Shown in pieces: positions 49,163 to 62,039 of a stretch of DNA of 64,000 bases. This DNA is from Convolutriloba macropyga. Lineage: Eukaryota. Below the pieces are notes generated by a model that saw nothing but the letters and a program-made list of their open reading frames with translations, ran no database searches and had not been told where the DNA came from. The DNA is taken from contig NC_134471.1 in the NCBI RefSeq assembly GCF_964194025.1, positions 16,120,001 through 16,184,000 of the forward strand. The letters run 5' to 3'. The position numbers and the translations under genes are program-made. The stretch's first letter is position 1, and the number at the start of each line of letters is the position of its first letter.

Positions 49163-49674
49163 GAGCTCCATTATACCGCGAGTTTTTCTAACCGTTGTGG
49201 TTAGACAAGAGTCTTCATAGAACTCAAATCTAACGACTGGTTCGAGCGGGTTAGGGCGGTGGTGTTCTTTTGACTGACTAACAATCGCCAAGAAACAATA
49301 AGCCAAAGTGTACTGTAGCAAAAGTACTGTAACTTCTACTTATTCAAGTTAAGACTATCCTTGACGGTGAAAAATGTTTAAAAAACTCATTATTTTTGTA
49401 AGGCTGTAGTTAATAAAGGTACTATTGCAGCAATAGTAACTTTATTAACTACGGCCTTACTAAATTTATGAATTTTTCAAGTTTTTACCGGCAAGGGAAG
49501 TCGTAACTAGAATAAGTGAAAGTTACAGTCCTTTCAACACTTTTGCTAATTGTTTGTCAGCGATTTTTAGTCAGTCAAAAAACCAATGCCGCCATAATGT
49601 TCTAGGCTGTAGATTTGGGTTCTGCGAAGACTCTTGGATAACCGTAACAGGGAGAAAGTGTCAAGCTGGAGCTC
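49163..49674. mobile_element. Foldback/palindromic element (~510 bp, imperfect arms, essentially no spacer) in the sulfotransferase-like intron
   Basis: Centre CTATTGC-A-GCAATAG at 49429. Mirrored blocks GTAAGGCTGTAGTTAATAAAG/CTTTATTAACTACGGCCTTAC, TTTTGACTGACTAA/TTAGTCAGTCAAAA, CAAGAGTCTTC/GAAGACTCTTG and GAGCTCCA/TGGAGCTC. Confidence 0.85.
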
Positions 49675-50593
49675 TGATAAACGATGCGGAAGCAACGGAA
49701 ATTGCACAGTTAAGGTAACGCAACCACAGTTATAATAAAACGTAGATCCATCAGCAATATATAAAATTGATAGTTAATTATGTATGTCAAGCTATGAATA
49801 CTGAACAAATGCAAATTTTGTTTCAATAACTCTGAAATATTTTTGGTTTGTTAGCTGACAGTGAATTAGTTTCACTTAGTTGGTAATCATGAGAGTCTCA
49901 TTTTTCGAGAAAATAGTAATAGTTACCCTAATTGGTCGCTTTACCTTTTACCTTAGTTATAATCCAATGGCTTCATTTGTTTCCAGCAACAGGTTTTGTA
50001 TATAATTTGTTGTCTGTTCGGTTTTTTCATACTTAACGTGTCAATGCTTTCATCTTTATCTGCTCTAAAATACTTATTGTTCCTCTTATTAGCTATGACG
50101 ATTTCACTAGATAGAACTCAGTCTTATTTGAGCGCTTTTTGTTTGCAAAGAATTCAATTATCGATTATTTAAGTCAAAAGCTCACTGACCAGCCAAGCTC
50201 ATAGCCAGCCAAGCTATTTCCAAATTCTATTTTTTTTAATTTATCCCTTTGCAAAACGAACTGATGCTAGCATAGTATCGCGAATTAAGTGAGAAATAAA
50301 ATCAATCATCCGTTTTCTCTTGGTGTTATTGTTTTATCGCAAAACTGTTATTGATTATCACACGAGAAATGTTTATTAAAAATGAGACAAAAACTAGGAC
50401 AAGTAATTCTCCTGAGCTTGGCCCTTTATCGTCTGGGTGCGTCTTATCATGTATAGTTTTGAACGAGGGCCTTAACTGGGGATGTAAATCCACAGAATTC
50501 GCAACTGTCACACAAAAATCGTGTTCAACTACCACATCAAAAAGTTTACTATAAACCATTTTCAAAGGAACATAGTTTTTAACATATACTTAC

Positions 50594-50757
50594 ATGAAGG
50601 CGGTGCTGTGTTTACATGCCTCAATTTACTGCGCTCAATGAAATCAAAGACGTGAAGCCATATCGACAAAATATGGTCATTGGCAGTAGAGCACAGCAGA
50701 ATTTTGCTCCTGGGAAAGTAGTACATTTTGTCTACTATTGGTCCACCAGAACTGTTT
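50594..50757 (-). CDS. Sulfotransferase-like gene, internal exon (NSSGGPIVDKMYYFPRSKILLCSTANDHILSIWLHVFDFIERSKLRHVNTAPPS)
   Basis: tttcacag| acceptor (phase 2) and |gtaagt donor (phase 1); both phases match the neighbouring exons. KILLC.......W ~ 'KLLYCYVPKVAxTNW'. Confidence 0.82.
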
Positions 50758-51399
50758 CTGTGAAATAAAAATGAGAATTTGCAGATGTGTAATTTTTGTA
50801 TCTGATAATACAGCAGTTTTACAAGCAAAACTGGCCATAATCACTGAATACACTCTAAATAAAGTTTAGGTAAGTTTGCTAGAAATCTGTTCAGGTATTT
50901 GGCGGTCCAGGTGAACTTCAAGTGTACAGATACCTGAAAAGCACTTACACAGTAATTTATGTATTTTTTTAAATTAAATCGATTCAAGCGTGGTTACCTG
51001 AAAAAAGCAGTTATACTGAAGTATGCATTGCATCAAACAAAACTCTGCTGCTATTAAAACCCAGTTAAAACAATCTAAAATTAATGTTGCCTTTCCATAG
51101 CGCATCAACGGTTAATATCATGAGACCAGAAATGACTATGCAATTAAAGTAGATCCTTACCAATTTTATGAAAAAATTGCTGTACAATGAGAGAAATTTG
51201 CCCGAACGATTCAAGTAAATTCAGGTGTCTTTTGAGACAATTTTATCAACTTTTTAAAGAGTTTATGACGTCAACAATCCCAAAATAACTAAGACTGTTA
51301 TGTAAACTGTTCATAAAGCTCGCTATTACTGTCAACTGTCCACTAATACTGGATATTAAGTGAAATTTCCAATAGTGGTTGACGTACCCAGGTTGAGGT

Positions 51400-52010
51400 G
51401 TGCTCTCGAAATCGCCCTAGTCTAGACCATTTCGAGCGCACACTTGACTTTTGTGCGCTCGAAACTACAGGGTCTGGAAGGTGGAATGAGCGCACTTGAG
51501 TCTGATCATAGGCGGAATCGAGCGCACTTCGAGCGCATACAGACTGTCTAGCGCGCTTGAGTCTGATCCTAAACGGCTTCGAGCGCTCTTAAGTCTGATG
51601 ATAAACGACTTTGAGCGCAACTGAGTCTGGACCAAGAATGCTTCGAGCGCAACTGAGTCTGGACCAAGAATGCTTCGAGCGCAACTGAGTCTGGAACAGG
51701 AATGCTTCGAGCGCAACTGAGTCTGCACCAGGAATGCTTCGAGCGCAACTGAGTCTGGAACAGGAATGCTTCGAGCGCAACTGAGTCTGCACCAGGAATG
51801 CTTCGAGCGCAATTGAGTCTGCACCAGGAATGCTTCGAGCGCAACTGAGTCTGCACCAGGAATGGAGTCTGCACCAGGAATGCTTCGAGCGGAAATGAGT
51901 GTGGACCAGGAATACTTCGAGCGCTACTGGGTCTGGACCAGGAATACTTCGAGCGCAGGATAATCAATAATCCTGCGCTCGAAGCCTTCCGATCTTCGAG
52001 CGCAAAAGAA
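51400..52010 (+). repeat. 32-bp minisatellite (GAGCGCAACTGAGTCTGSAMCARGAATGCTTC), about 11 good units plus decayed flanks
   Basis: GAGCGCAA at 51613, 51645, 51677, 51709, 51741, 51773, 51805 and 51837 (period 32). No unique spacers. Confidence 0.95.
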
Positions 52011-53182
52011 GTGATAATTGAAACAGCTAAATTTGTGTAGAAAAATTTCTCCAAGTCCAGTTAAAAAACCGACTTTTGAGATTTTCCAGTATGTTCTGAA
52101 ATTTTTACCCTCCTCTTTTTTCATTCCGGGCTGGGGACCGGCAGTGGCGGAACTGCTTTAAGCTATAGAAGAATTGAGCAAAACACGAGGTGAGAATGTT
52201 CAGTATCAATGAAAAATTGTTCGTAGCACATCTATATCATCGCTGAAAAGCACAAAAAGCATGAACACGTAATTATGCACATTAGACCACTGCTTTCGGC
52301 AATCGTCATTAATGGATCATTCTTCTGACCCATCTGACTCGTTTCAAACAACCAAAAACTCGATACGTTCAAAAGCAGCAGTTTAATATGCAATTGTCGG
52401 TTTCTGTTTTTGCATTATTGCTATCTATACATGATATCAGGCTGATAAACGGTACAACGTCTAAAACTTCTACTAGAAATTCAAACTACAAGTCAATTTG
52501 GAATTAATGCTTACAACTAAGAAAAATGTAGTCCATAATTGCATTTCCGACAATTTGGATGCATTCGGTGACAATGATGTACCTGAACGGTTCAGAACAT
52601 TTTGATTGTCGAACGGCTGACTGATCACCAGTAGTCGAAAAACCAAATCTTATCACCGAGAGCAACTCACGACTTGGTGATACTTTCTTGCCATCATGAA
52701 CTATAGGTCGTTCTGCTAATCTTGATGTTAGATGCTGCGCCGCGTGCTATGAATGTCTCCACTGAATATCAGAGACATTTTCAGCTCATTGAGAAAGAGA
52801 GAGTTTATGTATTTTTTCGTCACCGAACTACCGGGGAGAAAAACTTGATCTTCAATTTAAACTCACCCAAAAGAGAGGGGAGTTAAGCAATGATATGAGC
52901 CTTGAGTTTGATGGCAGAACAAGAAGGGAGTTTGAAATGAGAGTCTAGTTAGGGGACAACGGTCAATGTTGATTGATATAATCTTGCTAAAATTAACCCG
53001 AACATTAATATTTCAAAATTCATTATCTTGACAAATTTACTTTGTATATGATGGGTGAAAAATTAACTTAGATATATGCAAATTAATGTAAAATAACTTA
53101 AAAAAATGCATTGGTAACGTGGATGATCTTAATATTAACTTGGTTCTGCGAATGTTTGTTTTTCAACCGAAAATTGACTTAC

Positions 53183-53421
53183 CTTTTCATTGACAATCTT
53201 TTGCAGGTCTTTCGTAAATGGGCGTTTCTACTCCTCAGAACTTCTTTATACTCATCGATTCTGTTGGCCGAGTTCGCTTCATTGCTAAAGAATCTGAGTC
53301 CAGCAGTCAAGTTGATAACTTTATCTGTCTCACTAATTGATACGTTGTCCAAGGGAAATACGACTTCACACTTATCGTTCTCAGGGTGAAATGATAGCTC
53401 ATTTTCTGTGAGTGACAATTT
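53183..53421 (-). CDS. Sulfotransferase-like gene, stem-region exon (..EYKEVLRSRNAHLRKTCKRLSMK)
   Basis: ggatttcag| acceptor and AG|gtaagt donor, phase 2. RNAHLRKTC resembles the 'RxxxLxxxC' motif that precedes the CHST catalytic domain. The upstream exon (start and transmembrane anchor) was not found. Confidence 0.75.
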
Positions 53422-53691
53422 CTGAAATCCAATAACGGGAATATTTTCAAACACCGATTCTCATGAATTTTTCAGTGTCTTTTTTTTCAACTGTTACAGA
53501 AATAATCAATACTTTTTTTCAAATTTCGGGCTGTTTCTGTGCAAGAGTTGGCATGCTTAAGTGTTTTTACTAGGATTTTACTAATACCAAAATTGCTTTT
53601 AATAACCCCCCCCCCCCCCACCCCTTAATTGCCTTAATACCCATATTGCTAAGATTTTCTAGCAACATTCTCAGTTCGCTTTTATAGTCAA

Positions 53692-53832
53692 TGTTTTAAA
53701 ACATATCTCTAGTCTAAACATTTGTTAAAAGAGCACGTCTAAGTTTCACGTTGTTGGACAAAAGAGTCAAGTTTTTGTTGCAATTTTGGCGGTTTTCGAA
53801 TCATCTTGAAAGTTGCAATAACATCGGCAACA
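53692..53832 (-). repeat. 3' LTR (141 bp)
   Basis: TGTTTTAAAAC...TCGGCAACA, identical to 63523-63663. Confidence 0.97.
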
Positions 53833-53950
53833 TGCTGCAAGGGCACAAAGGGGGCATCAAGGGTTTTCGGAGGCATCAATTGATTGAAGTCTTTTCTCAT
53901 CTTCTTTGAAATTGGCTCTGAAACTGTAGGCTGAAATGTTGTCAATATGG

Positions 53951-56900
53951 TCAGTACATCAATTTGTGGGAAAGGGGTAACTCACGTTGCCTGAAACCGG
54001 AGCGACAAAAATCAAAAAAAAAACTACGGAGAAAAAACGCGTCGGAAACGGGGCGAACGAACGTGCCGTAAGCCGTTTTTACCTTTACGACTCGTGTTTC
54101 TCCATCTCGTCCTGGTGTTGTCTCCATGACTCTTCCCAGTGGCCAAATGCCTCTTGGTGTTTGGTCTTTCAACACCCAAACAATGTCGTCCACTTTGAGA
54201 GGTCGATCGTTGCTGTTTGACCATTTCGACCGTCGGCTAAGGGTTGGCAGATACTCTTTCACCAAGCGTCGCCATATATGGTTCATCAGCTTCTGCGTGT
54301 TTTTCCATGTCTTCAAGCTTGCAGGTTGCTGGTCTCCAAATTGTCCTGGTGGCAAGCTATTGAAGGGACGCTGGATAAGAAAGTGGTTTGGAGTCAAAGG
54401 TTCCTCGTTGTCAGGCTGCTCAGCAACGTTAGTCAGTGGTCTGGAGTTGAGGATTGATTCTGTTTCCACCATAATTGTTAGGAAAGTGACAAAAGAGAGT
54501 CTTCTGGATCCTAGAATGAGGAGGAGCGTTCTTTTGGCGCTCTGGATCAAACGCTCCCAGACACCGCCAAAATGAGGGCCGTATGGGGGATTGAATTTCC
54601 ACGTTGTATTGGCTACTGCTAAAGCTTTGTAGATTCTGTCATTGTCCAAGGCTTTAACAGTTTTCTTCAGTTCTTCAGAAGCGCCAACGAAGGTTTTCAC
54701 GTTGTCGCTGTAGAGAAGGTGGGGCTGGCATCGACGACTGCAAAATCTTCTGAAGGCATTGAGAAACGTATCTGTATTGAGGTCTGGACACGTTTCTAAG
54801 TGAACTGCTCGCGTCACCATGCATGTAAATATTAGACCATAATGTTTTTCTAAAATGCCTTTGGAATCTTCGATGTAGAAGGGTCCAAAGAAATCTACAC
54901 CAGAATTAGCAAAGGGGAACTCTGTTTTTGTTGTTGGAAAACGAAAACTAGGTAATGGTGCCATAATTGGTTGAATGTTTTTCGTGTCAAAGCGTCGACA
55001 TAAGAAACAATGAAACCGTACGCTTGCTAACGCTTTCCGAAGGCCAATCACATGGTAACGTTGTTGAATGAATGCTTTTGTTGGTTCTGTGGACTGGTGA
55101 ATACATATTTGATGGGCATGTTCCAAATACAAACGAACAATTTTGTCCTTGGCGTGCAAAATTATTGGACATTTTTCCAAATCGAGTTGTGTTGGTGCAT
55201 ACTGCAATCGACCACAAGACCTGAGTAATCCGTCCTCATCCAACAGCGGATTTAAGCATCGTATTTTGCACTTAGAATCTAGTTTGATTCCACGTTGTAA
55301 GGAATTAACGGTCGAATGGAAAAAACTGTCCTGAGATAATTTCAGGAGATAATTTCTTGACAATTGAATGTCTTCAGTTGTGTATTGGTGATTGTTCGTT
55401 CGCATTTTCTTTGCACGATTAATTAGGTTGAACACTGTTGCAACTGTCAGAAGAAGTTTGTTCCATGTTGAGAATTTACTCGGATCGACTACAGGTTTAA
55501 TTGTCTTGGGACTTCTCGTGACTGCCGCACATGTTGCGCGTGGTTTGTTTATATCATTCCAGGTCGACTCGCTTTGGCAAAGAAATTGGGGTGGATCTAA
55601 CCATTTCTGCCGAATTTCGTTTGTCTCAAGACCGCGAGTTCCGTGATCGGCGGGATTGAGATAAGTTGAGATGTGATGCCATTGCTGAGGTGAAGAACTT
55701 TTATGAATTTCTTGCAATCTGTTTGAAACAAAAACGTTTTGCTTCTTATTTGAGGCTATCCAGTCCAAAACTACTTGACTGTCGGACCAGAGAAAAGTTT
55801 GGTCGAATGTCAGTGTCATTTCTCTTTGGATCAGTTGTAGAAGGCGCACTCCTATAACAGCAGCTTCTAGTTCCATTTTTGGCACACTTATTTGTTTAAT
55901 GGGAGCAACTTTGCATTTTCCCATGAGAAAACATGCTTGTGGCGGAGTGGTTTGATTATTGGTCGTACGGAGGTAAGCAACGGCTGCCATAGCTGCCATT
56001 GAGGCATCCACAAATATATGAAGTTGGCTGCTTGTGATTTTACTGAAATTGTGAACAGTTCTTGGTATTCGGATTTCGGGCATGGCAAAGTAGCTGTTTA
56101 GAACTTTCTGGAGGTCATGGTGTAGTTCATGTGGTATCAAATCATCCCATTTTCTTCCAAGTTTCCAAATCTGCTGCAAAACCATTTTGATTCTAATTGT
56201 CAGGGGAGACAACAGACCGAAGGGATCGAAGATTGAAGATACCAAACTGAATATTTTCCTTTGTGTGTACACTGTTGCATCTTTAGGAAATTGTTGTAGG
56301 GGAAACATGACAAAATCGTCAGTTGTTATCTTCCATTTTTGACCAAGGACTCTTATGATCACTTTTGTTTCGTCTTTGTCGTCGGAAGAGACTTCAGCGA
56401 GTACATCTGGTTCGTTCGAAACAAATTTTGTCAACCTGAAGCCACCATTTTTCAGGCATCTTGTTGTCTGTGATATGACTTCTTTGGCTTCTGAAATTGT
56501 TGGCAGGGACTGGATTTAGTCATCCATATAAAAGTGGTGTTTAATAGCAATCAAGGCGGCTGGAAATTCACTTTTGTTGTCTTCTGCACATTTATTGAGC
56601 ACATAAATTGCGCAAAATGGTGAACATGTTGCGCCAAAGATTAATCTAGTGAATTGGAATTGTCGAATGGAGTTGTCTATCATCCAAAGAAAACGAAGAG
56701 CAGACTGGTCTTCTTGTCTCACGGCAATCTGCATAAACATTCCTTCTATGTCTGACAAAACAGCAACCGGGTGTTCTATGAATCTCAACAGCACTCCAAC
56801 TAAGTTATTTAGTAAATCAGGACCAGTTAGAAGATTTGAGTTCAGCGATTCACCGCGGAATTTTGATGCTGCGTTGGCAACTCTTCTCACTTTTCCGGGT

Positions 56901-59900
56901 TTGTTTGGATTAGTGACTGGATGATGAGGTAAGTACCATATTGACTCTGGGGGTGGTGCTTGCATTTCGACTGGCTTGACAAAATTTTTATCCAAGTCTG
57001 TTTGGAGTGTCTGGTTGTACTTCTGATTGAGACCGGGATCGTTTTGTAGTCGTTTTTGTAGACTTTTTAGTTGACTGACTGCTGAGAAATAGTTATTCTG
57101 GAGTTTCTTTACAGGTTTCCAAGGAAGGCCAATCTGATATCTTTCACCGTTGTGACAGATTGAGTTTTCCATTGTTTTGACTGCTAATTGTTCTAGTGAG
57201 CTGTCTTCATTCTGTTCGGGTAATGTACCCTCAGCTTCTATTTTCCAGAATCTTTGAACTAATTCGTCCAATGGTTCCTCTTCAGTGTCTTTCCGGCAGA
57301 CATGGTAAATGAATGGTTGGCGAGGGGGCTTGTTTGCGTTCATTGTTTTAGGAGATAGCTCGTACTCTCCAGCGAGAGTCCAACCAAGCTTTGTTTTTAC
57401 GCCAAATGGACGCTTTTTGCTACCTTGGATTACGTCGACTGGATATGTGAAGGCAAACGTATTGACACCAAGAAGGGCGCCTATTGCACCGTTGGCTATG
57501 TCAGGGAAATAAATGTGACTAAGTTCCTTGAAGGTGTCGCATAATTGATTGAGTTCAAGAACGTTAGCGGGTGATACATTGAGACATGGCGTGCTATAGG
57601 CTCTTGCAATGCTGAAGTGTTGACTGATTTTGTCATAAGGCGTTACTGTCACTGTTTCACTAATTTTGGACAGTGGCATTTCATGTTCAGTGCTTAGGTA
57701 CTGCAGAGTTGTTGATGCTTGTGCTTCGCAGGGAAGCTCAAGAAAGCTAGTAATTTTATCCAGCAGGAAGGTGAACTGGCTTCCGGGGTCAATCAAGGCG
57801 TAAGTATCAAACACTTTACTTCCGTTTACAAATGAAACTGGTATTATTTGTAGTTGTTCATACCATTCAGGAGGAGGAATTGTATTTCGGTTGATACTGA
57901 AGTTTTGGGTCGGATTCGAAGCACTCAAATGGGCGCGTTGAATATTTTGTTGCTGTGATTGTCTTTTACCAGAAAACGATTGACCGTATCTTGTCTGCTG
58001 GCTCTTTGTACTGCTGACAGTGTCAGTACTTTTGTTTTGATTTTGTTGTTGAAAGGATGGCTGTGTTTGGGGGCTTGCTAGATTTTGTGTCGGCTGATTG
58101 GGATTGCTTGTTGAGAGGGCAGCGGTGGGCCGCTTAACTTGTTTCGAAGGATCATGCAAAGTTGTGTGGTGAAATCCTTTACATGTTTGGCATCGTTTTG
58201 TGGACGGACATGACTGCTTAAAATGTTTGTTGCTTAAACAGTTCGAGCAAAGATTGTTCTTGCTCACAATGTCATACCTTTGGTCTGGCGCACATTTCTG
58301 GTATTCAGGGCATGTTGCGAGTATGTGACTTCCTTTGCATTTCTCGCAAGACCTGTTTGACTGATCAGCATCTTTACGCGGAGGAAAGGGTGGTTGACCC
58401 TGCTGGTTTGCAGGGCGACTTGAGTGCAATGAATTCGGTTTCCAATTGTTTTGTGAAGTATTAGAAAATTGATTCATAGCATTGCTGTTCCTATTATCAT
58501 TGTTGTTGTTAATTCTGCTAATGCTATTACTGTTGTGACCGAAAGTATTCCAATTATTAAACGGCTTATGAACATTTTCTCTGTTGATTTTGTCGTATAC
58601 TTGGGCCTGTACTTCAAGCCACTTCTGAAAATCAGAGACGGTTGGTTGATTTCCAATTGATGTTATTGTATACTCTGTCCATTTTATCAGAAAATTATGT
58701 GGAATTTTTTCTTTTGCCTTATTCATCAATGTTGAACTTTGCAAGTCGGCTTTGAAGCCTAAATATTCAAAAGCTTGCACTAATCGTTTGAGAAAAGAAG
58801 CAAAAGATACGAAACTCTGTTTGTTGTAGTCATTGTTCGGACGCCAGGCTTCCAGTTGATTGATGAAAGCATTCACAACAATGCTGGGATCTCCAAAGTG
58901 ATCCATGAGCTCTTTTAAAGCAATCGCGTAGTAAACTGGGTCACACGAGTAGGCTTGAATTTTTTCTTTGGCTTTCCCTACGACCGAGTTCTGTAAGTAT
59001 GTTATACGGTGTGTATCCGTAAGGCTAGTATTATTGTGAACTAGGTTGAAAAAATTGTTTATCCACTCATGGTATTTCAGTGGGTTACCATTGAAATTTG
59101 ATATTGTTATTGGTGGAAGTTTAATGGAATTTTTGTTTGTGGTTTGTAAATTAAAATTATTTTCAAACGGGATTGTTTCTGTTTGTATTTCAGTTCGTGG
59201 CTGAAACAGTTGCTTTCCAGAAAAAGACCAATTTGGAATTTGTTTCGAATTTCCGGAAATGTTTGGTTGGCTAATATATTGAGTAAAGGGGGGAAGAATG
59301 GCTGTTTGGTAGTTTGTAAAGGGATTTTCCGGCGTAAGCGGACAATTAGGTGGCTGAGATGATGTACAGCAAACAAGGTTGGTACCTTGGTTGTTGAGTG
59401 TTGTATTGGAGGGGAAAACAATTCCATTGTTTGGTTCTTCCGTTCGATTTCCATTGCTAAAATGAACTCCAGTTGGGTAAAGTGGGTTCTGAAATTGTTG
59501 GGAAACGTTTGTTTGCGCTACTGTTGGTAACGACATTGCTGACGCCAATTTAACGCTGTTCTGGTTTTCACTTATAGGAACAGCTGAAAATTGAGTGTTT
59601 GAAACAGTTTGAGCAGTTGCACTTTGATTGTTGTCAAAATGTAGGGGATTGTGTCGACTGTCTTCGTAACAATATGGATTTGGCGTGGTCTCATTTGTCA
59701 CTCTATTTGTTCCTTTTTCTGAATGAAATTGACGCTGAAGCATTTGCTCATTCAAATTGCATGAACTTGATGTTTGATATGTATTGGTTTTGTTAACTGG
59801 GCAGTTATGTTGAATTGAGTTTTGTAAATCTAATGCAAGACGTTGTATGCTTTGATCTTCTCTTTTGTTATTTAAGGGAACAGAAGACTTTTCTTTTGGT

Positions 59901-60856
59901 CTAACTGTGGCATTTGCTGGTTGATTTATTGGCATTTCGGGCAATGTGATCAGCTTTGAACTAGAGAACTGATTCAATTCTCCAATTGATGAGTGAATTA
60001 ATTCCGGCTGGTTATCAATAGATTCAACAGGAAATAAGACTGCAGTTTGCTTCATTGGAATGGAGGGTTGTTGAATTGAAGCAAACTGGTTGAAAGTGTT
60101 CTCTTGCTCTCTGAGAACAACTTTGTGTACTGGGGATTGAGGATTACTCAAGACAAATCTGTCCTGAATGTTTGCTCTGGATAATAGGGTTGATGCTGGT
60201 GTTGGGGCTGCTAACAACGACATTGACTGATTTATGTGTTCAACCGTCGTAAAATTTTTTACTGATTCTTCAGTCAATTCTCTAGTATCCTGCGCAAATT
60301 GGCTGTTGCTCTGAAGGAATTTGGAGAGAAGGTTGGGTTTATTTTCTCCTTGCGGAAGGAAAAACGATGGTTTCGCCGGTCTTGGGGGCACTGGAGGGGA
60401 GACATCGCTGGCAGGGTTCTTTACTGTCATGTTGTTTTGCTCTGAGTTTTGGGAAACCGGTGTCAATCGATGCAAATCGAGTTGTCTTCTTGAGGACTGT
60501 GAGATGCAGCTGATGTCATCGCGCACTCGAGTTGATGATTGACTCAATTGACCATCATCGTCGAGACTGTTGACTTCTAGTTCCAACTTTTCTAGACGAG
60601 AGATTAAGTTCGATTGACGCTTCATGACTGAATTTATGCTACTGGAGCTTACTTTTTCAAGCATGATGCTGTCAAGGTTTGTCTTCAGCTCTTCAACGCT
60701 CTCCTTGATTTTGTTGATCAACAAAGAAAGAGTGCGGAAGCTTTTTCTCTGCTGAACGGATGTCTGTAAGAGATCAAGCTGATTTTTCATGTTGAGCTCA
60801 GTCATTTTGAACTTGTTCAATGCGTATTGTAACTTCTGGCTGTTTTCTTTTGTCAT
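53951..60856 (-). pseudogene. BEL/Pao gag-pol polyprotein, one reading frame interrupted by TAA at 56516-56518
   Basis: DUF1759-type IKLPPITISNFNGNP, three Cys/His knuckles (CEKC..H....C, CSNC...H....C, CQTC...HH...H), protease ALIDPGS, RT YLPHH/GPDL/YMDD, RNase H FVDAS, NPAD, integrase H-H/C-C, VDFFGP, SDN, WERL. The two track ORFs (1446 and 827 aa) are in the same frame. Confidence 0.95.
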
Positions 60857-62039
60857 CTTGATGAACCGGCTGTAGTCAACTCGTAATGGTTCTGTCGTAT
60901 TTAAAGTAAAGGTAAAGAACGGCTCGAAATTTACGGAGCGACGACTTTTTGGTAAATTAAAAACATCTTAAGTTTTTGTAGGCTAATCAGTCTAGCTCTT
61001 TTCGTTCAAAAATAGCGACGCAACTTTTCACAAAAACAGGAATCCTAAAGGTGTTTTTTTTGGTGCTAAATCTAGCTAAAATTTGCTTAAAAAAGGAAAA
61101 ACTAAGCGTTCGCGCGTGTGTACCGTTGATTTGTTGAACAGGACCAAATAATTGCTTTCACTTTTTTTTTACATATATGACTTCGCAACGATTCTACTGT
61201 AAATTTTAGTTCTCCTTTAATCACAATCAAAGTACCAGAAAAAATTTTACTGAAGTGTTTTCTTTTTTTTGTGTGGAGTTTTAGGAACAAATATAACCTA
61301 AAACCAAACAAACTAAATCTATATTGATACTTCTTCAAAATAAGTTAACTTTTTTTTAGAATTTAAAATGCGGTGCGACCTGGCAACGTGAGCTACAGAC
61401 AAGCAGAGAAAATTGGTTGCTTAAAAGCTGGGTCTACTTTGAAGCTCTTTTCCAAGAAATTCTGTTTTGCGATTCTTATGAAGTTAAGGACAACTGCTAC
61501 CATTAAACTGCTTGTATTTGTTTCTGGATATTATCTGCCACCTATGTATTGCTAATCTTTACTTTGGTGACTACTGCGACCCAACGGAAACACACTCCTC
61601 TTCAGTTGGTGACTACTGAGACCAAAGGGGGAAAAGGGACTTCTTTCGGCAACTTCTGAGACCGCGGACAAAAAAAGAGATGTTTGAGTTTTCCAACTTA
61701 AAGAGACTATATGTGTGAATGAATTTGAGTGGGGAATTATTCGAGAGCTTTTGATTTACTTCTTTTTGAGAAAAAAGGAAAATAGATCTTATCTTCTTTT
61801 TATTTCTCTTGAGGAGGTATTTTCAGTGTATACTACTCAATTTACTAGATGCGCGGCTAGTAGTATGCAAAATGAAAACAAAATAAGTGTAAATGTCGGG
61901 CTTTCTTAGGAAAGCATACTACCCCATTAACTAAGCTCGCGGCTAGTAGTATGCAATTAAGATCAAAGAAAACACAATTCTCTTTGAAGGTTTTTTTTTT
62001 TTCAGAAGCTTTTCAGTAATTTTCTGTCTGTTCTCTTCG

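Noticed and set aside
50326-50565. 79-aa ORF as an extra sulfotransferase exon
   Set aside because: The flanking exons join directly in phase 1 with family-typical spacing; no good donor and no family motif.
51465-52124. Repetitive ORFs, and a CRISPR-like appearance of the 32-bp array
   Set aside because: Head-to-tail minisatellite with no unique spacers and no cas genes; the ORFs just cycle through the repeat frames.
53739-53945. 68-aa ORF after pol as an env-like gene
   Set aside because: Too short, TTG start, runs into the LTR, and has no signal peptide or transmembrane segment.
56516-56518. Programmed gag-pol readthrough site
   Set aside because: The stop is inside RT rather than at the gag/pol boundary, and BEL/Pao elements normally have one continuous ORF; a point mutation is simpler.
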